From contig JAFYXH010000002.1 in NCBI GenBank assembly GCA_017546315.1, positions 7,736 through 71,735 on the forward strand: a DNA stretch of 64,000 nucleotides, given 5' to 3'. The notes beneath the pieces were generated by a model. The model was not told the DNA's origin, did no database searches, and saw only the letters and a program-made list of their open reading frames with translations. This stretch comes from Alphaproteobacteria bacterium (lineage in GTDB: Bacteria; Pseudomonadota; Alphaproteobacteria; RF32; CAG-239). Of the stretch, positions 27,960 to 36,758 are shown piece by piece (positions within the stretch are counted from its first letter, which is position 1; every line of letters begins with the position of its first letter). Position numbers and translations under genes: made by a program.

Positions 27960-28027
27960 AAATACTCGTTGACAAAGCAAAAAATAAGTACCACCATATA
28001 ATAAATGTAATAAACAAGAGGTGGATA

Positions 28028-28756
28028 ATGGCAAAAGAAAAGGTTTGTTTGTTGACGGGAGCCGCAGGTGTTATTGGTCAGCGTGTTATCTTGAATTTGA
28101 ATGCCCAAAAAATGAAGGTGTTAGCATTAGGTGAACCTGATGATATATTTGAGCCCTCGGTGTTAAAGACTAATCATATCCGCATAAATACATCTCTCCC
28201 AATAAGTAGTAAATCATTTCAAAAGCATGATGTACAGTTCTGTTTTGGTGATTTAAGTGATATATCGTTTTTAGCATCCATCTTTTCGCAAGCCTCGGCA
28301 AACGATATTGAAATAGAATATGTAATACATCTAAGCGCAAACCAAGAAATACAAAAAACATCTCCCAAAGCATATCATCCATTGTTTGGAGATACCGTAA
28401 ATTTGCTTGAAGTAGCAAGAGCATACTGGCAATCAAATAAAGATGCATTTAAGTGTTTCTTCTTTGCATCAGATTCTAATAACTCTGTAAATGACAAAAT
28501 ACTAAAGTTGATGCAACAAGTATCAGATAAAGAAAATTTCCCAATAGAAGTGTATAATCCAGATGAGGTTAAAACAATTGGTGGAAATTACAAAGGAAAA
28601 ACAAAACTATCATCTTTGTATCGTATCGTAAGTCCAGTGGCAACATTAAAAAAGGTCTTTTCAACTAACAAAGCTTACACATCGGAAAATGATGAGAAAA
28701 AGTATATAAATGCTCTATTGTCCGCTATTACTCAAATGTTAAAAAAGCACATCTAG
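28028..28756 (+). CDS. Short NAD(P)-binding Rossmann protein (atypical SDR/epimerase-like)
   Basis: 242 aa with the N-terminal LLTGAAGVIGQRV glycine-rich loop. I could not find a clear YxxxK catalytic motif. Confidence 0.45.
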   Translation: MAKEKVCLLTGAAGVIGQRVILNLNAQKMKVLALGEPDDIFEPSVLKTNHIRINTSLPISSKSFQKHDVQFCFGDLSDISFLASIFSQASANDIEIEYVIHLSANQEIQKTSPKAYHPLFGDTVNLLEVARAYWQSNKDAFKCFFFASDSNNSVNDKILKLMQQVSDKENFPIEVYNPDEVKTIGGNYKGKTKLSSLYRIVSPVATLKKVFSTNKAYTSENDEKKYINALLSAITQMLKKHI

Positions 28757-29607
28757 CTAGCATATAAGCTATATGCAATAAGAAGGATAATAAACAAAAT
28801 AAAGATAAACATGTATAAAGAGACTTTTATTCTCTTATATCTAAATAAATGTGCTAAAATAGGGGATGTTAACAATAAAGACATAACATAACTTGGATTG
28901 TGCGCTTCTCGAAAGGCAATTGTTTTTGCTCCAATAAGGATTGTGCTAATTATAATAAGGGTTACAATGTCTTTGAGTTTAAGGGAAATATTATTGGGTT
29001 CTTTTACTCTGATTTTAAACATAGTAAGATTATATATCCCACTAACAAAACATGCGATAAAAAGATAATAAATAATACCATCAAAAGTTTTTCCACCCAT
29101 CAACGCAATATATCTTGTAGCAATACTCATTACACTAAGTGCAATAACCGCCGGATATAAGAATTTTTCTGCTTCAAATTTTATTTTAACCTTCATCATT
29201 TGCCAATAAAATACACTTATACCGCTAAGAATAAATAAAAGTGATAAAAACTCAGTAGGGTTTTGCGTTAATGTGATAAAATCATTAAATTCTATACCCC
29301 ACCATAAAACAAGTGTAATAAGTACTGATGTTGCCATGAAGCCAAATGTACTATTTACGCCATACATCGAAGAAGACATAAATATATGGCTATCATAAAC
29401 GCCGATTAAAATTCCCTGTAAAATAAGTAAAGATAGATACGCTCCATTTAGTTTTGTTGTAGTAAAATAAAGCAAAGGGGAAACAAATAAAGAAACGCCA
29501 AATCCTCTAATTATGCCAAGTAAATAGCCGTTGTAATGCTTCCTTTCATTAAAGTTTAAATATAAAGCATTAAAAATTGCATAAATAAAGCTATACACTA
29601 TCCACAT
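28753..29607 (-). CDS. Polytopic membrane protein (DMT/EamA-like?)
   Basis: 284 aa with about 9-10 hydrophobic segments. Its stop overlaps the convergent gene at a CTAGCTAG palindrome. Confidence 0.4.
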   Translation of the reverse strand: MWIVYSFIYAIFNALYLNFNERKHYNGYLLGIIRGFGVSLFVSPLLYFTTTKLNGAYLSLLILQGILIGVYDSHIFMSSSMYGVNSTFGFMATSVLITLVLWWGIEFNDFITLTQNPTEFLSLLFILSGISVFYWQMMKVKIKFEAEKFLYPAVIALSVMSIATRYIALMGGKTFDGIIYYLFIACFVSGIYNLTMFKIRVKEPNNISLKLKDIVTLIIISTILIGAKTIAFREAHNPSYVMSLLLTSPILAHLFRYKRIKVSLYMFIFILFIILLIAYSLYAS

Positions 29608-29721
29608 AAAAAAAATCCTCTAAAAAAATCCTCATAAATATAATGACTTAAAAAGAAAATTAAATATTTTATCTCAAAAAATAATATTCTTATACCAAAT
29701 ATTAACCAAACAAGATATTTA

Positions 29722-30093
29722 ATGCACTCCATCAAGGTAGTTATAATTTTTATGGGTAAAATACTGATGAATACACTAAATAATGTTTTTGATAGGCTAA
29801 AGAAATCTGGTTTGTTTATAGTGTTGGGTATTTTATCGTTTTATTTTGCTATAAATGGTATCAAAGGAGATAGAGGTATATTTAAATACTTGTATCTAAA
29901 AAATAAAGTGGAGCTTGCTCTGCAAGAAAGAGCAAAATACCAAGCAATCAAAAAGGACTTGGAATACAAGGTTGCAATGTTATCAGAGGAATCTCTTGAT
30001 TTAGATTATTTAGAAGAAAGAGCACGTATTGTTCTTAATATGGTTGGCGATGATGAATATGTAATCTTAGATAAAGATATTGATAAGCATTAA
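29722..30093 (+). CDS. ftsB: Cell division protein FtsB (septum formation initiator family)
   Basis: One TM segment (LFIVLGILSFYFAING) followed by a coiled coil, ending in ...LDLDYLEERARIVLNMVGDDEYVIL. The true start is probably an internal ATG (29752 or 29767). Confidence 0.7.
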   Translation: MHSIKVVIIFMGKILMNTLNNVFDRLKKSGLFIVLGILSFYFAINGIKGDRGIFKYLYLKNKVELALQERAKYQAIKKDLEYKVAMLSEESLDLDYLEERARIVLNMVGDDEYVILDKDIDKH

Positions 30094-30182
30094 ATTTTAA
30101 TTGTTTTTTTATATTTATCTGCTAAAAGAAAAAAGCATTTTAAAAATAAAATGCAATAATGTTTTTAATACGGAAAATATAA

Positions 30183-31415
30183 TTGATAAAACGCTATAAA
30201 AAACGCTTAAAAAGGCAAGTTATTTCTAATTATCAGTCATCGGAAGTAAATAAGATTTTTTCCGAAAAGGAATTTATTATCCGCTCAAATGGTCGTATGA
30301 AGGTTTTTAAAATCTCAACTCGTCTCCAATGGGTGGTGTTTATCGCTATGGTGGTTGTTGGTATTTGGAGCGCGTATTCTTATCAAATGTATAGCGTTTC
30401 AGATAAAATTATTTCTTATCAAGAAAAAAAACTAGATGAAACAAGGGATGCCTATGTTGACTTGATGAGTGATTTTTTAAGTGTTCATCACAATATCACT
30501 GGTCTTGTTGAAAATATCAATACAAAAGAAGAAACAACAGAAGAAAATATTGATGAATATCTGAAAAAAGCTCAAGTAATTGAAGAAAAGATAAAAAAGA
30601 TATCTGCTCGTGAAAATTGGATTGATGAAGAAGAAATAAATGAAAAAAATGCTCTTAAAAATGCTTTAATCCATAAAGAAATAGCAATAGAAGAAAAAAA
30701 ACTCCTAGAAGAGAAGGTAAAACACTTAGAAGAGGTTATCTCCTCACTTCAAGCATTTGAGGTTGATATCTTAAAAAGAATAGAAAGTTTATCAGGTAAA
30801 GAAATGGATAAAATCAAAACCTCTATTACCACCATCAATAAGGAGCTGAAGAAGAGAAATAAATATTTCAACCCGCTAGCAAACTCTAAAAAAGACAGTA
30901 AAGGTGGAGTTTTTGTTCCTGATAATTTAGGAGTGTTGCAAAGTGGTGAGTTGTCTCTTCAAGCAACTAAAACTTTCAAAGCCGTAGAAGATAATATCTA
31001 TTATGCAGATGTGGTAAAAAGAGTGCCTATCGGGAAACCTGTTTGGTCTTATTGGGTTTCTTCTCATTTTGGTAAACGCTCAGATCCATTTAATTCTAAA
31101 AGCGCCACTCATAAAGGTATAGATTTAGCATCTAATAAAGGTAATAAAATAAAAACAATGGCATCAGGAACTGTGACCAAATCAGGTTGGGGTTCCGGTT
31201 ATGGTAAAGTTATAGAAATAGATCACGGAAACGGTTTTAAGACTAAATATGCTCACCTAAATGCAATATATGTAAAAAAAGGAGAGGAAGTAAAAAGTGG
31301 TCAGGCAATAGGGGAGGTTGGGTCAACAGGGCGTTCAACTGGCCCTCATTTGCATTATGAAATTTTGTATGAAGGTGTTCCTATGGACCCAATGGTATTT
31401 ATGAAAGCACTTTAA
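30183..31415 (+). CDS. Bitopic M23 (LytM-type) peptidase with a periplasmic coiled coil (LmdC-like architecture)
   Basis: 410 aa. The order is a basic cytoplasmic tail, a TM segment (WVVFIAMVVVGIWSAY), a long coiled coil, then the M23 blocks HKGIDLA, IDHGNGFKTKYAHL and GSTGRSTGPHLHYE. The start is TTG. Confidence 0.85.
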   Translation: MIKRYKKRLKRQVISNYQSSEVNKIFSEKEFIIRSNGRMKVFKISTRLQWVVFIAMVVVGIWSAYSYQMYSVSDKIISYQEKKLDETRDAYVDLMSDFLSVHHNITGLVENINTKEETTEENIDEYLKKAQVIEEKIKKISARENWIDEEEINEKNALKNALIHKEIAIEEKKLLEEKVKHLEEVISSLQAFEVDILKRIESLSGKEMDKIKTSITTINKELKKRNKYFNPLANSKKDSKGGVFVPDNLGVLQSGELSLQATKTFKAVEDNIYYADVVKRVPIGKPVWSYWVSSHFGKRSDPFNSKSATHKGIDLASNKGNKIKTMASGTVTKSGWGSGYGKVIEIDHGNGFKTKYAHLNAIYVKKGEEVKSGQAIGEVGSTGRSTGPHLHYEILYEGVPMDPMVFMKAL

Positions 31416-31427
31416 AAGGAGAGAAAA

Positions 31428-31808
31428 ATGCGTAAATTTAGAAGAATATTATTCTTAAAACTAGCTCGTTTGATGCGTGGAGAAAAAAATATTGTTCCCT
31501 GCATCATTAGTGCAGGCACCAAAATTGTAGGCGACATCAAAGATGGTGATGTTATTCATATAGATGGCAAATTAGAAGGTGATATAAATTGTAAAGAGTT
31601 GATTATCGGACCCACAGGCTCTGTTGCAGGTAAAATATCTGCAAAAAGTTTAGAATTATTTGGTGAGCTTAATGGTTCGTTAGTAGTTGAACGTTTATCA
31701 ATTGCATCAACAGCAAAGTTTATAGGGGATTCTGTTTATAAAACAATCGCCATTGAGCCAGGTGCTGTTTTAATTGGTAGTTGCAATAAGAAAGAAAACA
31801 AAGACTAA
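31428..31808 (+). CDS. Bactofilin (polymer-forming cytoskeletal protein)
   Basis: 126 aa of beta-helical repeats (I.G.I..GD.I.IDGKLEGDI....L.IG..G.V.G.I.A..L.L.G.L.G). The gene lies 12 nt after the M23 gene. Confidence 0.8.
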   Translation: MRKFRRILFLKLARLMRGEKNIVPCIISAGTKIVGDIKDGDVIHIDGKLEGDINCKELIIGPTGSVAGKISAKSLELFGELNGSLVVERLSIASTAKFIGDSVYKTIAIEPGAVLIGSCNKKENKD

Positions 31809-31830
31809 AATAAACTTAAAGGTGTTATAG

Positions 31831-32682
31831 ATGAAAAATACATTAGTAGCTTTAGTATATGACTTTGATGAAACATTATCAACAACATACATGCAAGATT
31901 ATGTTCTCATCCCAGAGTTAGGAATGACACCAAAGACATTTTGGAGGAAGGCTAATCAATGGTCAATAGATAACGGTGTTGATCAAATTACCGGCAGTAT
32001 GTATTATTTTATGAAAGTTGCAAAAGAAAAGAAAATTCGTCTAACACGTGAGAATTTTAGATACTGTGGCACATTAGTAAAATATTATAAAGGTGTTGAA
32101 ACTTGGTTTGAACGCATCAATGAATACGGTAAACAACTAGGTCTTCAAATAGAACATTATATTATTTCATCCGGCTATGAGGAAATATTAGAGGGTGCTT
32201 CAATTTATAAATTTTGTAAAGATGTTTACGGATGTAGTTATGCTTTTGGTGAAGATGGAACACCTGTTTGGCCGGCACGAGTAATCAACTATTCTACCAA
32301 AGTTCAATGTTTATCCAAGATAAATAAAGGTCTAGGAAAGCTTGATGATAAACTCGTAAATGAATACATGGAAGATGAAAAGCGCCGTATTCCATTTTCA
32401 AGAATTATCTATTTTGGTGATGGCATGACAGACATTCCATCAATGAAGCTAGTAAAAACAAGGGGTGGTAATTCGATAGCTGTTTATAAACCCAAAAGCA
32501 ATCATAAGGAGCGTGCAATAAAACTCTTAAAAGATAAGAGAGTAAACTTTGCATTGCCGGCAGATTATTCCGAGGGAACTTCACTTGATACAGTTGTAAA
32601 AACAATTTTGGAAAAAATTTCAACTGAGCGTAATTTGGAGCTTTTAAAGAAGAATGAAGAAAAGAAAAAACTCCAAAAATAA
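31831..32682 (+). CDS. HAD-superfamily hydrolase
   Basis: 283 aa with motif I (YDFDETL) and motif IV (YFGDGMTDIP). Confidence 0.65.
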   Translation: MKNTLVALVYDFDETLSTTYMQDYVLIPELGMTPKTFWRKANQWSIDNGVDQITGSMYYFMKVAKEKKIRLTRENFRYCGTLVKYYKGVETWFERINEYGKQLGLQIEHYIISSGYEEILEGASIYKFCKDVYGCSYAFGEDGTPVWPARVINYSTKVQCLSKINKGLGKLDDKLVNEYMEDEKRRIPFSRIIYFGDGMTDIPSMKLVKTRGGNSIAVYKPKSNHKERAIKLLKDKRVNFALPADYSEGTSLDTVVKTILEKISTERNLELLKKNEEKKKLQK

Positions 32683-33160
32683 TCTAAAAGAGATTGATTT
32701 AGATTGCTATTTTATGGATAAAGCCCTTAAAGAAGCCAAGAAAGCATATCAAAAGGATGAAGTTCCCGTTGGTGCAATTTTGGTTTCTAAAGAGGGTGAG
32801 ATTTTAGCCAGAGCACATAACACATCAGAGCATGGCAAAAGTGCTTTAGCGCATGCAGAAATAAAGGTTTTAGAAAAAGCTTCATCAAAACTTAAGCAAA
32901 CACGTCTTTGGGATTCTACAATATATGTTTCTTTAGAGCCATGTCCAATGTGTGCTACTGCAATATCTATGATGCGAGTAAAAAGGGTGGTGTTTGGTGC
33001 AGAAAATCCCAAAGGTGGTGCAATACTTAATGGTATAAAAATATACGAAAATCAACCCAATCTCTATAAGCCAGAGATAACTCCATTTGTCTTAAAAGAA
33101 GAAGCCTCAACACTGTTAACAGAATTTTTCAAAACCAAGCGTCAAAAAGATAAAAATTAA
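32654..33160 (+). CDS. tadA: tRNA adenosine(34) deaminase
   Basis: EVPVGAILV, HAEIKVL and the PCPMCATAI zinc-ligand motifs are present. ATG at 32714 (MDKALKEAKKA) is a likely alternative start that avoids the 29-nt overlap. Confidence 0.85.
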   Translation: MKKRKNSKNNLKEIDLDCYFMDKALKEAKKAYQKDEVPVGAILVSKEGEILARAHNTSEHGKSALAHAEIKVLEKASSKLKQTRLWDSTIYVSLEPCPMCATAISMMRVKRVVFGAENPKGGAILNGIKIYENQPNLYKPEITPFVLKEEASTLLTEFFKTKRQKDKN

Positions 33161-33246
33161 TATCTAATCAAAAATAGATTGACAAATTTTGTATTTTGAG
33201 GGAAAATATCCCTTCAAAAAACTATTTTTATAATCAATAAATTTTT

Positions 33247-34299
33247 ATGTTTATGTATTTAGATGTTAAGCCGTCTGTCGTGTTTCAAACACATTACAGA
33301 ATGGAGAAAATTCAATGTTATGCCAATGGCGCTTTTTCTGTTAATGTGAAGCGCCTACAAGATGGGGAAGATAAGTTGATGTTGGCTGATTATGAGGGTA
33401 ATTTCTTATCTGCACTAATGTCAGCCCAAAGAGGTGTTTTGCTTTATGATTTGAGCTATATCCTTTTAGGTGAAAAGGCCGTCAACAAATTTTCCGGAAG
33501 CTCAACTGTTTTTAATGGTACAAATCCAACAGGTAAGGTTTATGACAAAAAGGGGCATGTACTTGTTTCTGGTTTTGAAGATTTTAAGGTCTATCAAAAT
33601 GGGTGGTATATGTTGATTTTCAAAGATCATAAAGAGCTTTACACATTTGATGGGCGACTTGTTGCCAAAGACTTTATTGAATGTGAGGTCTTAACCAGAG
33701 GTCATTACGCCTTAAGAACAGATAGTCAACTTTATCAATTTGGTAATTACAAGGTGTATAACACAAGTTCAAAGCTTGTTGCGAAGTATGATCGTGTTGT
33801 TGCGTTTTTGTCAGATAATGTTGTTCTGCAAAAGTCAAAAGAAGATGAAACTTACACGCTTGTAAAAGGTAAAGAAGAGCTGATATTTGGTATTGTAGGC
33901 TACAAAAAGTTCTTTAACGGAAAGTTTGCATTAACATTCAAGAATGGTGCTTCGGCAATGTATGATGGTGAAGCTAATCGCTTGAGTACATATACTGGTA
34001 AAAAGGCAGTTTTTTTGCCTGATGGAACTTTTGTATCATACAGTCAAAAGATTGTTGATACAAGATATCGCTCAACAGGTTTGATGATAAAGGGTGAAAT
34101 TTTTCAGTGTGAAGAAGCTTCAAATTATTTTCTTTTGACCAAGGAAACCAAAACAGAATTGTACAATGACGAAGGTAAGGTTATCGCAGAAAATGTTTTG
34201 CTTGCAAGCGTTTTGGGGAATTTTGCTTTGTTCCAAAAAGAAGACCGATATCATCTCTACAACCAATATGGCAAGGTGATTGAATTTAATGTTAGTTAA
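33247..34299 (+). CDS. Hypothetical protein with repetitive beta-rich segments (WG-repeat-like?)
   Basis: 350 aa with a recurring ~35-aa pattern (..Y...G..L...F.....). No catalytic motif. It has its own terminator. Confidence 0.4.
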   Translation: MFMYLDVKPSVVFQTHYRMEKIQCYANGAFSVNVKRLQDGEDKLMLADYEGNFLSALMSAQRGVLLYDLSYILLGEKAVNKFSGSSTVFNGTNPTGKVYDKKGHVLVSGFEDFKVYQNGWYMLIFKDHKELYTFDGRLVAKDFIECEVLTRGHYALRTDSQLYQFGNYKVYNTSSKLVAKYDRVVAFLSDNVVLQKSKEDETYTLVKGKEELIFGIVGYKKFFNGKFALTFKNGASAMYDGEANRLSTYTGKKAVFLPDGTFVSYSQKIVDTRYRSTGLMIKGEIFQCEEASNYFLLTKETKTELYNDEGKVIAENVLLASVLGNFALFQKEDRYHLYNQYGKVIEFNVS

Positions 34300-34313
34300 A
34301 ACTAAAAAAGAAG

Positions 34314-34342
34314 ACGGTGCTAATTATGGCGCCGTTTTTTTT
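34314..34342 (+). terminator. Rho-independent terminator
   Basis: ACGGTGC-(8 nt)-GCGCCGT stem followed by T8. Confidence 0.55.
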
Positions 34343-34423
34343 GTTAAAAATATTGACAAAAATAATATAATAAATAAAATGATATTCAAATAAAATAATT
34401 ATGTCTAACTAAATATTTATGTT

Positions 34424-34984
34424 ATGGAATTAAGAGAAATAGAAAAAAGACTTAGATCCTTAAAAGCAAATCCCTGTGGAGTAGGTCAATACTTGTTACA
34501 ACAATACTTAAATTTGCTCAATGATTTGTATGTAAAAAGACAAGCATTTACAAAAGAGGAAATACTAAAACATGCTCATCAAATGCACTATGTAGCAAGA
34601 TGCACTCAGGATAAGATGTTTTTAATAAATCCTCCTCAAAATGCAGGGTTGTATTTTATGGATAATACTCACATTTCAACCAAAAGTTGTTCGTTTGATG
34701 CAAAGCCAGAGCTAGAGGCAACAGGTCTCACCAAACTAGGGACAATAGCAACATATCATTCCTATGGTGGGCATTATATGTTTTTACGCCCCTCTGTTGA
34801 TGAAGCGATTTGGCAATGCCCAAAAGAATGGCAAGATAAAGCTGTTGCTTTCGAGTTTGCGATACCTTCATCTGTTGAGGTCGAAAGTGTTTATGATAGA
34901 AATCTGGATTTGCACATTCTAAACACAACCTTTTATGCAGGTGAAACTCCAAGAGCAATAAAAGAAAGAACCTATTATTGGTAA
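34424..34984 (+). CDS. Hypothetical protein
   Basis: 186-aa ORF flanked by terminators. No motif recognised. Confidence 0.4.
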   Translation: MELREIEKRLRSLKANPCGVGQYLLQQYLNLLNDLYVKRQAFTKEEILKHAHQMHYVARCTQDKMFLINPPQNAGLYFMDNTHISTKSCSFDAKPELEATGLTKLGTIATYHSYGGHYMFLRPSVDEAIWQCPKEWQDKAVAFEFAIPSSVEVESVYDRNLDLHILNTTFYAGETPRAIKERTYYW

Positions 34985-34990
34985 GATAAA

Positions 34991-35037
34991 CCCCTTTGCT
35001 TGAGCTTGAAAAAAAGTTCAAAGCAAAGGGGTTTTTG
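34991..35037 (+). terminator. Rho-independent terminator (long hairpin)
   Basis: CCCCTTTGCTT ... AAGCAAAGGGG 11-bp stem followed by T5. Confidence 0.55.
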
Positions 35038-35112
35038 TTAAATAAAAGGATAAGTAAAAAAATAATTTTGACAAATCCATAATAATAAATCTTAATATCT
35101 CAAGGAGGGATA

Positions 35113-36731
35113 ATGAGTATTAAATCTATCAATTTTCGTTTGTTGCTAATTATATTATCTTCACTACTTTGTGCTATCATACTATTTAAACAAAAAGAAA
35201 TTTTTCATATAGATGAGCTATTTTCCTTTGGGACAGCAAATGGCGAGAATGGGGTGTATATATACAAAAAACATCGAAGAAATTGATAATAAATTGGTAG
35301 ATGGTAAAGTTTTTAAAGATTATCTGACACAAACTCCAAATAGTTCTTTTTCTAAAATGATAAGTCAGTTAAAATATGACTGTCTATGCCAACATATTTT
35401 ATATTGCTTCGTGCGATAACTTCTTTTTTTCACCAACAGAGTTTACTAGAACCCCAGGAGTTATCCTAAATTTAATAGTGCTAGTGTTTCTGATAAGTAC
35501 CTTTTATTATCTTATAAAAAGAATAACTAAAGATAAAGATCTCGCTTTGTGCTCAACGGCTTTGTTTTGTTTTTCTCCATTTGTGATATCACTTGAGGTA
35601 TATATACGAATGTATTTATTGCAGATGGCAATGGGTGTCTGTCTAATTATTAAAGCTTATGATATACTTCAAAAACATTCTTCATTAGAAAAAAATAAAG
35701 ATTTCATAATTTTAACATTAGTCTCGAGCTTAAATATATTAACGCATTTTTATAGTATAATATTTTGCTTTTCACTAACGTTTGCCGCTTTTGTTAGTTT
35801 GATTTGTGAAAAGAGATACCAAACGTTAAAAAAAATCCTCATTTCGATGTTAGCATCTGCGATTTTGTCGTATATAATATTTCCTGATATGCTCCAAATG
35901 GGAACACAAGGAGAAAGAGGAGGGCAGTTTGTTTCTATGGTATATGAATATTCCAAAACTCCACTAAAGTTATTAAAACAACAGCTCCCTCTATTTATTA
36001 CTAGTTTTTTCAAAAATACGGAAATATTCTTAATTGTTTTAGTTATAAGCTTGTTAGTCCAAAAAAAATATCTATCAAAAAATAATAATCAATTGCTAAA
36101 AAGATATTTGGGATTCTTTGTTATTTTGTTTTTTACTTATGGGATATTGGTTGCAATGGTTATGCCTAATATGACCTCATACAAAATACGCTATTTTTCT
36201 CCAATAATTCCACTTTATTTTGTGATATTTACAATCTTGTACTCAAATCTTTGTGATGAATTAAAGCTTAATAAATTTATCTCTTGTGTTATTTTGTTAA
36301 TCATAACAGGTGTTGTCGCATATAAAGAGGCTAATAATTTTAATAATTCTTTTTATTTCAATGGGACTGTGAATTCTCGCAAAGCAGAAAAAGTGGTTAA
36401 AGATGCAGATATATGGTGGGGACTAGGTGGAGGTGCAAGTCACTCATGGATAATACATAATTACGTAGACAAACTCGCAACATCAAGAAAAGTTTGGACA
36501 CTAGTTGATTTTGATCATGAGGGATTCTTAAAATTCGCCAAAGAAGGAAAAGAGGCAAAAAGATATGCTTACCTAATGATGCCTAAAACTCAAGAGCAAG
36601 CACCAACAGGCGGTGAAGAATGGGTAATAAAAACAACACAAAGACAGGCTTATTACATGTTTACATTAAAAAGTGAAAAAACTGCCGCCATGGCTTTTGA
36701 GGCCTCAATATATTTAGTTTGCCCATACTAA
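35113..36731 (+). pseudogene. GT-C type membrane glycosyltransferase interrupted by two +1 frame changes (pseudogene, phase-variable gene or assembly error)
   Basis: A strong SD (aggaggg) precedes ATG 35113, which opens a 57-codon ORF (MSIKSINFRLLLIILSSLLCAIILF..HIDELFSFGTANG) ending at 35286. Reading continues sensibly in the next frame after the A6 run at 35266-35271 (..NIEEIDNKLVDGKVFKDYL..). It then shifts again between 35373 and 35419 into the 451-aa polytopic ORF at 35376-36731. Confidence 0.5.
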
Positions 36732-36758
36732 GTAAAATGTATTACATAAAATTCGTTT

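Noticed and set aside
35213-35419. 68-aa ORF as an independent small gene
   Set aside because: Its middle part continues the sense of the upstream 57-codon ORF after an A6 run, and it overlaps the start of the 451-aa ORF. It is better explained as the middle fragment of one frameshifted GT-C gene.
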